DNA of 64,000 bases. Source: Cytophagaceae bacterium (GTDB taxonomy: Bacteria; Bacteroidota; Bacteroidia; Cytophagales; Spirosomataceae). Shown piece after piece: positions 9,437 through 18,972 of the stretch. The stretch is from positions 4,386-68,385 of the forward strand of contig JANOMP010000343.1 of the NCBI GenBank assembly GCA_031420365.1, read 5' to 3'. The number at the start of each line of letters is the position of its first letter. Positions within the stretch are counted from its first letter, which is position 1. A program made the translations under genes and the position numbers. Under the pieces are notes generated by a model. The model worked only from the letters and a program-made list of their open reading frames with translations, ran no database searches and had not been told where the DNA came from.

Positions 9437-10125
9437 TTGTTTTTCAACATATAGCCCATGCCTACAATAGTATGAATTAGCTTATTTGAAGACTCTCTGT
9501 CGATTTTTTTCCTAAGGTAGTTTACATAAACTTCTATAAAATTAGTACCAGTATCAAAATTAATATCCCAGACTTTTTCAGCTATATCTACCTTAGAAAC
9601 TACTCTTCCTTTGTTTCTCATTAAGTATTCTAGTAAGTTAAATTCTTTGGCAGTAAGACTGATAACCGTATTGTTTCGTCTTGCAACTTTCTCTTTTAAG
9701 TCTAACTGTAAATCGGCCACTTGAATCATACTTTCGACTTCTGCGGAAATGGGTTCTAAGCTACGTTTTAGTAAGGCTTTAATCCTAACGAGCAGTTCCA
9801 GAAAATCAAAAGGCTTTATTAAGTAATCGTCTGTACCCACTTCAAAACCTGATAGTTTATCACTTACGCTACCTAAAGCCGTTAGCATCAAGATGGGAAT
9901 TTTTGAATTGGTTTCTCGAATTATTTTGCAAATTTCTATCCCACTCATGTCTGGTAATCCAATATCTAGAATCACTAGGTCATAGATATTTTCATTCAGC
10001 AAGTTTAATGCATCTCTCCCTGTCCCAGCAATATCTGCTATAAAGTTTTGTGTTTGAAGCCCTTTTTTTATAAACGTTGCTACTTTTTCTTCGTCTTCAA
10101 CAATCAAAATATTTTTTGATTCCAT
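9433..10125 (-). CDS. OmpR-family response regulator
   Basis: Receiver domain (ILIVEDE, DLVILDIGLPDMSG, LTALG) plus a winged-helix C-terminus. Overlaps the kinase gene by 4 nt. Confidence 0.92.
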   Translation of the reverse strand: MESKNILIVEDEEKVATFIKKGLQTQNFIADIAGTGRDALNLLNENIYDLVILDIGLPDMSGIEICKIIRETNSKIPILMLTALGSVSDKLSGFEVGTDDYLIKPFDFLELLVRIKALLKRSLEPISAEVESMIQVADLQLDLKEKVARRNNTVISLTAKEFNLLEYLMRNKGRVVSKVDIAEKVWDINFDTGTNFIEVYVNYLRKKIDRESSNKLIHTIVGMGYMLKNK

Positions 10126-10268
10126 GATATTATTCAGAATAAAAATTTATTTAAAAAATAAAAACCTATTATTTAATATTATCTGTTTATGATAACAATG
10201 TAAAAGTAAACGATAGAAATTAAAATGAAATTACAATAAAATTAGATTGTTATTAGAAAAAAAAGATA

Positions 10269-10973
10269 TTACTTTTTCTTTCTTAAGAATTCATGATAAT
10301 AGCCAATTTGAAGGAAATTTTTACCTGTTTCATCATTTATCTTGTAGTCAAATTGAATCAGGTAGCCAAGCAATATGGTTGAGTGTTTTGCAACTTTGAA
10401 ATTTAAATTAAAACTTGCCCTGTTTCTTTCAAAATAGGGAGCTAAGTTAGTAAAAAACAGTTCGTTATACGCTCCAATAGCTATTAAATTCTTTCCTTCT
10501 TTGTTTTTTAAAAGTGGATAAATCACACCTATCCTATTTCTAAATCTATTTCTATAGCCTGATGGAGAAAATCTAAATTCAGTCCGAAAACGATTTTCAA
10601 TTTTAAAAGTATTGATTTGCTGGGTTACTTGTATTTGTGGCCATAAACGAATCTCAGATCTGTTTTTAGGCAAAACAAAATCTCCACCTTCTCCATAAGT
10701 ATCATATTTTCCTCCTGCTAAGGTAAATACAATTGCCTTTTGGGGATGAAAATTAATGCCGCCTTTAAATTCATGATAATTGTAATCGGTATAAAATTGT
10801 AAAGAACGCAATTGAGCTTCGCCAAAAGCACTCCATTTTTGATTTAATTTAAATTTAGCATTAAGAATATTCCATGACCCTGAGCCCTGAGATTTAGCAC
10901 TTAAACTTGCTAAAACAAATAGTGAAATCAGGTTAATTGACTTAAAAAAATCTGAATGCATTCGGTTTTTCAA
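10269..10973 (-). CDS. DUF2490-like outer-membrane beta-barrel protein
   Basis: Signal peptide, alternating beta-strand pattern and an aromatic-rich C-terminus. The family call is from memory of DUF2490-type sequences. Confidence 0.55.
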   Translation of the reverse strand: MKNRMHSDFFKSINLISLFVLASLSAKSQGSGSWNILNAKFKLNQKWSAFGEAQLRSLQFYTDYNYHEFKGGINFHPQKAIVFTLAGGKYDTYGEGGDFVLPKNRSEIRLWPQIQVTQQINTFKIENRFRTEFRFSPSGYRNRFRNRIGVIYPLLKNKEGKNLIAIGAYNELFFTNLAPYFERNRASFNLNFKVAKHSTILLGYLIQFDYKINDETGKNFLQIGYYHEFLRKKK

Positions 10974-10980
10974 TAATAAA

Positions 10981-11673
10981 CTACTTTTTTGCGGTTTTCA
11001 TTTGTATAACATCCACTAAAAAAGAGAATGCCATTGAAAAGTAAATATAACCTTTTGGAATTTCAAAATGAAATCCTTCAGCTAAAAGTGAAACACCAAT
11101 AATCATTAAAAAACATAAAGCCAAAACTTTGAAAGAAGGGTGCTGAGAAATAAATCCGCTAATTGGCTTTGCAGCCGCAAGCATAATAAGTACTGTAACT
11201 ACTACCGCTGTATACATAACCCACAACTCTTGGACCATACCTACTGCTGTTATTATAGAATCAACAGAGAAAACTAAATCCAAAACAATAACTTGAGCCA
11301 ATAATTTAGAAAAAGTTTGTTCTTTACTTTTTCCCAATTCATCGTTATTTTTATCTTCTGTTTTATGGTAAATTTCTTTAGTGCTTTTATAAATTAAAAA
11401 TAGTCCACCAAAAATTAATATTAATCCTTTGCCAGTAATCTCAATGTTTACTATTATAAATAGGGTTTGATCTAATTTCAATATCCAAGAAATGACTCCC
11501 AATAATGCCATACGCATTATAATAGCTAGGCCAATTCCCCAATACCTAAATTTAGCTCTTTGGCTTTCTGGAAGTCTATCAGCTAAAATTGATATAAAAA
11601 TTATATTGTCTATTCCTAAAATAACCTCAAGGGCTATTAAAGATAAAAGTGGAATTAAAGAATCTAAAAGCAT
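10981..11673 (-). CDS. TerC-family integral membrane protein
   Basis: LEVILGIDNIIFISILA and VLDLVFSVDSIITAVG motifs. Start moved to the ATG at 11673. Confidence 0.85.
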   Translation of the reverse strand: MLLDSLIPLLSLIALEVILGIDNIIFISILADRLPESQRAKFRYWGIGLAIIMRMALLGVISWILKLDQTLFIIVNIEITGKGLILIFGGLFLIYKSTKEIYHKTEDKNNDELGKSKEQTFSKLLAQVIVLDLVFSVDSIITAVGMVQELWVMYTAVVVTVLIMLAAAKPISGFISQHPSFKVLALCFLMIIGVSLLAEGFHFEIPKGYIYFSMAFSFLVDVIQMKTAKK

Positions 11674-11808
11674 AATTTGAAATAATTTGATTTGCAAAAA
11701 TATTCGATTTGGTTTGATTAGTTTAATTAGAATAACATTAGAATAAGAAATTGTGATTTAATAGGTCAAAAAGGGGGGTCTGAGAAATGATTTTCTTATA
11801 ATTTGCTA

Positions 11809-12972
11809 TTATAAATATTTTGTTACAAAAACTTCTTTTTCCTTTTGTGATAAACCAAACCTTGTTGCTAAATTTATGTTTTCTAAAAATAGATTTTTGT
11901 CTCTATTTTTTCCATAGAAATTAGCTGCTTGTAAATAAAACGCTTTTTTCTGTTTGTCATCTTTAATTGCATTAAACCATTTGTCTTTTATCGAAAGAAA
12001 GTAGCTGTGCATTTCATTTGATGCGAGTTTCTCATTAATCTTTACCATTAAAAAATTATAGGTACTGGCATCAGGGTAATAATTATAAAGTGTTTCGCAA
12101 ATCTTGGCTGACGCTTTATAATCATTCTGCGATAAATAAAAAACCAATTCTAAGTCCCAAAGCATAGTACTTATTCTTTTTTTGTCCCCTCCTAGAATGC
12201 TGAGATATGATTTTATGGATTCTATATTTGCTTTTTCAATAGTTGACAGGTTTTGTAAATGTTTTATTTGCCATTGTATAATTGTAAAAAACACATCCTT
12301 TTCTCTATTTGAATTTAATTCAAAAGCAGCAGCAGTACTTAAATTATTTATCCAAAAATCAAAGAATTTATTTTCTGTTGATAAAATCACTTTTTTAAAA
12401 ACGTTCCAAGAGTTTTGACTTGATTTTTCAGGCTCAGGCAGCTCATTTATGAACTTATTACATATAGCATTACTTTTTTCATAGTCTTTAAGCATTCTAT
12501 GATAGGTAGCACATTTTACATTTTCTTTGATGGAAGAATCTGTTTTTTTTTCGCAATCTACGCATGAATTACCTCTTTCTGTATCAAATTGCTGGATTAT
12601 TCCTTGAGGAGTTTCTTGAGGTTCTATAAAATAGTATAGGTTTCCACCATTGTCAAAAAATAAGAAAATTGGATAATTTAAAATTCGGATATTCTTTTTT
12701 TCTAAAAGTAAAACTTGCCCTTTATTACTCAGATCTATTTGAAGATTTGTGTAATTATCATTAAAATAGTTTGCTAATGTCTCGTTCTTTAAATTTTCAG
12801 ATAAAGTTTTACAATGCGTACATTCGGGGTGGTAGCATTCTATGAGGACTTTTTTTCCTGTTTTGAAAGCATTTTTTAAAGCTAAATCGAAATCAAAGAA
12901 CCAGTTTATTTGTCCTCGAGAATTTTCAAATGATAACATCAAAATTAAAAAAGCCAAAACTACTTTTTTCAT
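11809..12972 (-). CDS. Thioredoxin-fold domain protein with helical C-terminal domain
   Basis: Signal peptide, a Trx-like N-terminus with CTHC (YHPECTHCKTL) and a second CVDC pair. Confidence 0.6.
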   Translation of the reverse strand: MKKVVLAFLILMLSFENSRGQINWFFDFDLALKNAFKTGKKVLIECYHPECTHCKTLSENLKNETLANYFNDNYTNLQIDLSNKGQVLLLEKKNIRILNYPIFLFFDNGGNLYYFIEPQETPQGIIQQFDTERGNSCVDCEKKTDSSIKENVKCATYHRMLKDYEKSNAICNKFINELPEPEKSSQNSWNVFKKVILSTENKFFDFWINNLSTAAAFELNSNREKDVFFTIIQWQIKHLQNLSTIEKANIESIKSYLSILGGDKKRISTMLWDLELVFYLSQNDYKASAKICETLYNYYPDASTYNFLMVKINEKLASNEMHSYFLSIKDKWFNAIKDDKQKKAFYLQAANFYGKNRDKNLFLENINLATRFGLSQKEKEVFVTKYL

Positions 12973-12989
12973 ATTTTTTGCTATAATAT

Positions 12990-14231
12990 TTATTTTTTCT
13001 TTTTTTTCTTTTTGCGTTTTTCTTGTTCTAATTCAAAATCGTTGATTTCTTTTATCACATCTTTCCAAGTGTGATTTTCTTGATCCGAAAACATTTTTGT
13101 TTCTTCGTAATCTTCTTTTCCAACTTCAATTTTGGGTAATGGACTTCCAATATATTTTTCTATTTCGGTCAAAAGAGGCAATTCTTCATTGCTACAAAAT
13201 GAATAAGCTTGACCTTTTTGTGTGCCTCTGCCAGTACGGCCAATTCTATGTACATAGTTTTCAGGTTCTTCAGGCAAATCGTAATTAATAACATAATCTA
13301 CATTGGGAATATCAATACCTCTGGCACTCACATCAGTTGCAATAAGAATTTTCAGACTTCCTTCTTTCAGGTTTTTCATGGTGTCTTTCCTCTCAATATG
13401 CGTTTTGTCGCTATGAATACTTTCAGTGGCTATTCCTACTCTATTCATAGCTGAAACTACTCTCTCGGCTCTTACTTTAGTACGCACAAAAACTATCATC
13501 TTGCTCTCTGGGTGCTCTCGAACCATCCGCTCTAAAAAGAACCGCTTGTCGTCCATTTCTACATATGCCAAAGCGTGAGTGATGTTTTTAGAAATCGGAT
13601 TATCTGGCGAAATCTGGATTCGAATCGCATTTTTAACTAAGGAATAGGCTAATTTTTTAATTACAGGATTAATAGTTGCGGAGAAAAAAAGGGTTTGTCT
13701 ATTTTTGGGCAAATAACGAATCAAGTCTTCAATATCCTTAATAAACCCAAGATCGAGCATGTGGTCTGCTTCATCTAAAATGAGTACTTGAAGTTCATTG
13801 AAATCTATAAATCCTTGGGAACGAAGGTCAAACATTCTACCAGGAGTACTTACTAACACGTCCACCCCTTTTTGCAGAGCCGCAATCTGAGGTTCCTGAT
13901 TGGTGCTTCCATGTAAGGCTAAAACTTTGATTTTGGTATGCTTTCCAATAGTCCTGAAGACTTCTGTAATTTGCAATGCTAACTCATGAGTAGGAGCCAT
14001 AACAAGTGTATGAATACCCTTTGTTCTACGTTTTTGTTGTATTATTAAATCTAAAATAGGTATCACAAAAGCAGCAGTTTTTCCCGTTCCGGTTTGCGCA
14101 ATTGCTAAAACATCTTCGCCTTTTAAAATGGGTGTAATTGCCTTAAACTGTATATCTGTGGGTTTTTTAAAACCCATTTCCATTAAACTAGCTTTTAATT
14201 CAGCTGCAATTCTGTAATCTTCAAACTTCAT
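12990..14231 (-). CDS. DEAD-box ATP-dependent RNA helicase with poly-Lys tail
   Basis: AQTGTGKT, DEAD, SAT and HRIGRTGR motifs. C-terminus EQEKRKKKKKKK. Confidence 0.93.
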   Translation of the reverse strand: MKFEDYRIAAELKASLMEMGFKKPTDIQFKAITPILKGEDVLAIAQTGTGKTAAFVIPILDLIIQQKRRTKGIHTLVMAPTHELALQITEVFRTIGKHTKIKVLALHGSTNQEPQIAALQKGVDVLVSTPGRMFDLRSQGFIDFNELQVLILDEADHMLDLGFIKDIEDLIRYLPKNRQTLFFSATINPVIKKLAYSLVKNAIRIQISPDNPISKNITHALAYVEMDDKRFFLERMVREHPESKMIVFVRTKVRAERVVSAMNRVGIATESIHSDKTHIERKDTMKNLKEGSLKILIATDVSARGIDIPNVDYVINYDLPEEPENYVHRIGRTGRGTQKGQAYSFCSNEELPLLTEIEKYIGSPLPKIEVGKEDYEETKMFSDQENHTWKDVIKEINDFELEQEKRKKKKKKK

Positions 14232-14254
14232 ATTTTAATGTTTACCTCAAAAGA

Positions 14255-14587
14255 TTATTTCCCTTTGGCCCAACTAATTATATCTTTTTTTGTGTCTTTT
14301 TTCTTTGGTGTATGCCAATCACGTTGTTGTGTTTTTTCACCATCTTTGTTTTTTTGAGCTTCAGAAACAACTATTGCCCTTCCTCCCTGGTTCGAGCCAT
14401 TAAGCGATTTTATTGCTTTCAAGGCCTGGTTATTGTTGGTCATTTCTACAAAACCAAAGCCTTTGTTTTGTCTTGTGGCTTTATCAATTACTATTGTTGC
14501 CGCTTTTACTTCTCCATATTCACTAAAAATAGCAATTAAGTCTTCTTCTTTAAATTTAAAAGGGATGCTCCCCACAAAAATATCCAT
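14255..14587 (-). CDS. RRM-type RNA-binding protein
   Basis: RNP2 IFVGSI and RNP1 KGFGFVEM. Confidence 0.9.
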   Translation of the reverse strand: MDIFVGSIPFKFKEEDLIAIFSEYGEVKAATIVIDKATRQNKGFGFVEMTNNNQALKAIKSLNGSNQGGRAIVVSEAQKNKDGEKTQQRDWHTPKKKDTKKDIISWAKGK

Positions 14588-14592
14588 TTATT

Positions 14593-15300
14593 TTACTTCG
14601 TTAAATTTCTAAAAACATCTTCAAGTGTCTCTCCATTTTTCATTATTGAAGATAAACTATCATCTGCTACAATATTTCCTTTATTAATTATTATTACCCT
14701 ATCGCAAATGGCCTCCACTTCTTGCATTATATGGGTACTCAAAATTATTGTTTTATTTTTCCCAATTTCTTTTATTAAATTTCTAATTTCCACCAATTGA
14801 TTCGGATCAAGACCAGTAGTCGGTTCATCTAAAATTAAAACTTCTGGATCATGCAAAAGAGCCTGAGCCAAGCCCACTCTTTGCCTAAATCCTTTAGAAA
14901 GTTGCTCAATCTTCTTATGCTTTTCGGGGTTTAAGCCCACTAAATTTATTACTTCTCCTATCCTTTTTTTTAATACTTGCCCTGTCATTCCATAAAAACT
15001 ACCTACAAATGTCAAATACTCCACTATATACATTTCTATATAAAGCGGATTATGCTCTGGCAAATAGCCTACTTGTCTTTTACTTTCTAAGGAATCTACA
15101 GAAATAATACTATTGTTTAACATGGCTTCACCAGAAGAGCAACTTATAAAACCTGCTAAAATCTTCATAGTTGTTGATTTTCCAGCACCATTCGGACCGA
15201 GAAAACCCACAATTTCTCCATTGTTTATTGAAAAATTTATTGCGTTAACCGCTATTTGTGAACCATATGATTTCGATAAATTACTGACACTGATTGACAT
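14593..15300 (-). CDS. ABC transporter ATP-binding protein (ABC-2 type), no adjacent permease
   Basis: Walker A GPNGAGKST, signature LSKGFRQR and Walker B LILDEPTTGLD. Confidence 0.9.
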   Translation of the reverse strand: MSISVSNLSKSYGSQIAVNAINFSINNGEIVGFLGPNGAGKSTTMKILAGFISCSSGEAMLNNSIISVDSLESKRQVGYLPEHNPLYIEMYIVEYLTFVGSFYGMTGQVLKKRIGEVINLVGLNPEKHKKIEQLSKGFRQRVGLAQALLHDPEVLILDEPTTGLDPNQLVEIRNLIKEIGKNKTIILSTHIMQEVEAICDRVIIINKGNIVADDSLSSIMKNGETLEDVFRNLTK

Positions 15301-15475
15301 TTCAATAATAAATTATTGTGATAATTATGCAAATTTACGTAATATTTTCTAAGTAAGCTTTGCATTTGGGGGTTTGATTATTAAAATGATGTTGTCTGTA
15401 TCTTGTTAAAAATTGTTAAACGACTTTTTTTAGAAAAATCTTAATGATAGATTTGGATCTATTCTTTTTGCAAAA

Positions 15476-17338
15476 TTGAGGAAAATTAATATTCTTATAG
15501 GTGTTATGCTCTTAGCATTAATAGGCTTAGTGGCATTTCAGTGGTATTGGATTCAAAATGCCATAGCTATTAAAAATGAGCAGTTTGACAAAAAAGTATT
15601 TGAAATTCTGACGGAAAGTAGCCGAAAAATAGAGAAACAAGAGATACTATTTTTGGCGAAACAACGAATGATAAACAATGAGAAAAATAGGCTTATTTCA
15701 ATTTCTAAAAAACCAAACAGCAGCCTTAAAAAAATCAAACTTCAGTCTCAAGATATAGACGTAACTGTTCATTCTCAAACTGATTCAATGAATTTTGCCT
15801 ATTCTGAAGGCAAAGTATTAAAAATTGAGCCTAGAGAGGTGTTTTCTATTGATATAAATAGTAGAAACATGGCTACCAATGATGTGCTAGGGAATAGATT
15901 TTTTATTTTTCCGGAATCAGAAGCTCAATTTATTAAAGGTTTTTTAGATGAAGAACACCGAACTGTTGAACGCTTTAGAAAGCGCTCTTTTGACTTGGCT
16001 CAAAAACAAAAAAGTATAAATGAATTGGTAAATTTAATGAATGATCCAGTTTTTACCGAAGTTTTTCCAAGTCAGAATTTGAGTCAGAGTCAGATTCAGA
16101 GCAAACGAATTGATTTTTATTTTACCCCAGAAAGTGAGCAAACCACAAATTTTAGTATTCAAAAAGGAGATTCTCAACAAAAAAAAGTAAAGAACATTTT
16201 ACCAAAAAAGAAAAATACATTAGAGAAAAACTCTGAAAATTCTGAGAAAGCAGATTTAGTAAAGGATGTTTTTAAAGATTTTATTATGGGTAAAAGATCC
16301 ATTGACGAAAGGCTTGGTCAGCTTATGCTTGATACCTTACTTCAATCGGAATTTAAAAGCAATGGTATTAAAATACCATTTAAATATAGCGTAAAAGATA
16401 ATGGGAACCTAGTTTTTGCTTCCTTTTCCCATAATGAAACTCAAAATCCACTTCAAAAAGCCTATAAAGTTAAACTATTTCCTAACGATTCCTATGCTCA
16501 AGAACAATATTTAAATGTATATTTTCCAGAGAAAGATGATTTTATTTTGGGTAACCTTTGGAATATTTTTGGGAGTTCTCTTTTATTGATTTGTATGGTA
16601 GGTGGTATTTTCTATTACTCAGTAAACACAATGCTAAGTCAGAAAAAACTTTCAAATATCAAAACTGACTTTATCAATAATATGACCCACGAACTTAAAA
16701 CACCAGTTTCTACTATTAGCTTGGCTTTAGAGGTAATTCGAGATAAAGAATTGGAGAAAAATCCTGAAAAAACAGAACGCTACCTAAATATTATTGGGGA
16801 GGAAAATAAAAGATTGGGAACGCAAATTGAGAAAGTTTTGCAAATTGCACAGCTAGAAAGTGGTGACATAAGCCTTAAATTTGAAAATCTTGATATAAAT
16901 GAGGTGTTGAATCAAGTTATAGCTAGCATGGGTGTACAATTGGAACAATTGAATGTAAAAGTTGACACCAATTTAAATGCTGCTATTCCGAATGTTGCTG
17001 CTGATAAAGTCCATTTAACAAGCATTTTTGTTAATTTATTAGATAATGCAATAAAATATTCAAAGGAATTTCCTGAAATTTTATTAAGCACAGAAAATAC
17101 AATTGGTGGAGTAGCAATAAAAATAAAAGATAATGGCATTGGAATCCCCAAAGACCAGATTAATAAAATATTTGACAAATTTTATAGGGTTCCAAAAGGC
17201 AATTTACATGATGTTAAAGGCTTTGGCTTAGGATTAAGTTATGTAAAAAGAATGCTAACATTACATGGTGGAAAAATAGCTGTATCTAGCAAAGTAAACG
17301 AAGGAAGTGAATTTTTTGTGACTCTACCAAACGCTTAA
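15476..17338 (+). CDS. Sensor histidine kinase
   Basis: H-box THELKTPV, N-box LLDNAIKYS and G-box GFGLGLSY. TTG start as in the track; the ATG at 15506 is an alternative. Confidence 0.88.
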   Translation: MRKINILIGVMLLALIGLVAFQWYWIQNAIAIKNEQFDKKVFEILTESSRKIEKQEILFLAKQRMINNEKNRLISISKKPNSSLKKIKLQSQDIDVTVHSQTDSMNFAYSEGKVLKIEPREVFSIDINSRNMATNDVLGNRFFIFPESEAQFIKGFLDEEHRTVERFRKRSFDLAQKQKSINELVNLMNDPVFTEVFPSQNLSQSQIQSKRIDFYFTPESEQTTNFSIQKGDSQQKKVKNILPKKKNTLEKNSENSEKADLVKDVFKDFIMGKRSIDERLGQLMLDTLLQSEFKSNGIKIPFKYSVKDNGNLVFASFSHNETQNPLQKAYKVKLFPNDSYAQEQYLNVYFPEKDDFILGNLWNIFGSSLLLICMVGGIFYYSVNTMLSQKKLSNIKTDFINNMTHELKTPVSTISLALEVIRDKELEKNPEKTERYLNIIGEENKRLGTQIEKVLQIAQLESGDISLKFENLDINEVLNQVIASMGVQLEQLNVKVDTNLNAAIPNVAADKVHLTSIFVNLLDNAIKYSKEFPEILLSTENTIGGVAIKIKDNGIGIPKDQINKIFDKFYRVPKGNLHDVKGFGLGLSYVKRMLTLHGGKIAVSSKVNEGSEFFVTLPNA

Positions 17339-17351
17339 AAACTAAACCCTT

Positions 17352-18029
17352 ATGAAAATACTTTTGGCAGAAGATGACCACAATTTAGGAACATTATTGC
17401 ATGAATATCTGGAGGCTAAGGGCTATGAGGTTATGCTTGCAAAAGATGGGAATGAAGGATTAGATCTATTTTTAAAACACGAATTTGATTTTTGCATTTT
17501 AGATGTAATGATGCCCAAAAAAGACGGATTTGCCTTGGCAAAGGAAATAAAAACCAAAAACTCAGAGATTCCATTAATTTTTTTAACTGCAAAGTCAATG
17601 CAAGATGACACCTTGAAAGGCTTTGAACTTGGGGCGGACGACTACATTACCAAACCGTTTAGTATGGAAGAACTTTTAGTGAGAATAAAAGCAATTCTGA
17701 AACGAACCAAAAAAATGGAAACCGAAGTTGTGGCTGGTCAATATAAGATAGGAAATTACGATTTTTTCCCAAATCAACACGAATTGCAAGCCAATGGTGT
17801 TATTCAAAAACTAACAACCAAAGAGTCAGATTTACTTTTACTTTTTAGTAAAAATTCAAACCGAGTAGTAAGTCGAAGCTATGCATTAAAACTTATCTGG
17901 GGAGACGATTCTTATTTTAATGCCCGTAGCATGGATGTTTATATTACGAAGCTTCGAAAATTTCTAAAGTCTGACCCCAGTATTCAAATCATGAATTTAC
18001 ATGGGGAAGGTTTTAAGCTGGTGTGTTGA
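17352..18029 (+). CDS. OmpR-family response regulator
   Basis: Receiver domain (ILLAEDD, DFCILDVMMPKKDG, LTAKS) plus a winged-helix domain. Confidence 0.92.
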   Translation: MKILLAEDDHNLGTLLHEYLEAKGYEVMLAKDGNEGLDLFLKHEFDFCILDVMMPKKDGFALAKEIKTKNSEIPLIFLTAKSMQDDTLKGFELGADDYITKPFSMEELLVRIKAILKRTKKMETEVVAGQYKIGNYDFFPNQHELQANGVIQKLTTKESDLLLLFSKNSNRVVSRSYALKLIWGDDSYFNARSMDVYITKLRKFLKSDPSIQIMNLHGEGFKLVC

Positions 18030-18393
18030 AGTTTTGGTTTTTCAAGTAGGATATTTGTTCTTTTAACAATTGAATCTCATTTTCTTTAGCATTCAACAAT
18101 TTCTCAAAAAGAGATTCCAATTTTTCGTTTAAGTTTGTTTCATTTATTTTGTTGCCATTTTCCATTGTGTTAGTCTCTTGGATAATCGCATTTTCTTTGG
18201 GACTAAACAATTCAGAAATATCAATCTCTAAAAATTTGACGAGTTTTTCCAAAAACTGAGGTTTAAAAGTTGTTACTTTGCCATTTTCAATACGGTTTAA
18301 AGTGGAGAGATCTATATCCAAGGCAAATGCCAAACCTTTGGCCGTAATGCCTCTCTTTTCTCTAAATAGTCTTATTTTTTCTCCAAAAATCAT
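18013..18393 (-). CDS. XRE-family HTH transcriptional regulator with coiled-coil C-terminus
   Basis: MIFGEKIRLFREKRGITAKGLAFALDIDLSTLNRIENGK is a classic Cro/C1 HTH. The C-terminus LESLFEKLLNAKENEIQLLKEQISYLK is heptad-like. Start set at ATG 18393, because the upstream TTG extension only translates the tandem repeat. Confidence 0.85.
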   Translation of the reverse strand: MIFGEKIRLFREKRGITAKGLAFALDIDLSTLNRIENGKVTTFKPQFLEKLVKFLEIDISELFSPKENAIIQETNTMENGNKINETNLNEKLESLFEKLLNAKENEIQLLKEQISYLKNQNFNTPA

Positions 18394-18395
18394 GT

Positions 18396-18427
18396 GTGAA
18401 ATTGTGAAATTGTGAAATTGTGAAATT
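18396..18427. repeat. Perfect tandem repeat (GTGAAATT)x4
   Basis: Read directly. It lies immediately 5' of the XRE ATG on the minus strand. Confidence 0.95.
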
Positions 18428-18533
18428 TCCAAAAACTTGTGCGAAATCTACAATTTATTGTTCAGAATTTTCAAACAATTTTACAAAAAATTAAAGAATT
18501 TTGATTCATCAGCTGATAACAGTGGGGGAAAAA

Positions 18534-18649
18534 ACCAACAGCCACTTTAAATTTCTGTAGGTTATAAACAAATTTTAAATTTAAATTGCATGAAAAAAGT
18601 ATTTTTGTCCGTTGTGTTAATGTTTTTTGTTTCGTTTGCTTTTGCAGAA
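18534..18649 (+). repeat. Copy 1 of the 116-bp conserved module (56-nt 5' leader plus 60-nt signal-peptide coding)
   Basis: Manual alignment with 19781-19896 and 21409-21524 shows 6-9 mismatches per 116 nt. Confidence 0.9.
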
Positions 18650-18895
18650 AATCGGGCAATTTCAAATCCAAAAAATTTCACGAGTAAAGAAGAAAAAATT
18701 GGTTTACAATTACTTGAAAATTCTACTAGGTGTTTGCAATTGTGGTTTTGCCTCAATTTATCTTGCCGTGATATTTGTATACCTATTGATCAGGAATCCG
18801 ATCTTCCTAGTACTTTAGCCGAGTTTAATAGCATTATGTATGATTGGGAAGTTGCTGCGTGCGATTATGATGATGGTTGGGGAGATAGACCATAA
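18590..18895 (+). CDS. Small secreted Cys-framework protein A (101 aa precursor)
   Basis: Sec signal MKKVFLSVVLMFFVSFAFA|EN. The mature part carries C-x4-C-x3-C-x27-C. Confidence 0.7.
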   Translation: MKKVFLSVVLMFFVSFAFAENRAISNPKNFTSKEEKIGLQLLENSTRCLQLWFCLNLSCRDICIPIDQESDLPSTLAEFNSIMYDWEVAACDYDDGWGDRP

Positions 18896-18972
18896 TCACC
18901 AGAAATAAAATAATAAGATTATAAAGCCTTAGAGAGTAAAGTAAACTTGAAATAATTCAATAACCAATACAA

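Noticed and set aside
11674-11808. Possible yybP-ykoY (Mn) riboswitch upstream of the TerC-family gene
   Set aside because: I could not find the conserved GGGGAGUAG-type core or a convincing four-helix arrangement by eye. This needs an Infernal scan before any claim.
18396-18427. Tandem octamers as a mini CRISPR or other repeat-spacer array
   Set aside because: The units are contiguous with no spacers, total only 32 bp, and there are no cas genes.
18508-18517. 10-bp perfect palindrome ATCAGCTGAT (also at 21383-21392) as the XRE operator
   Set aside because: By my rough estimate, 10-bp palindromes are expected about 100 times by chance in 64 kb of this composition. Its presence in both copies follows simply from the duplication. 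It is only a candidate for EMSA, not a supported site.
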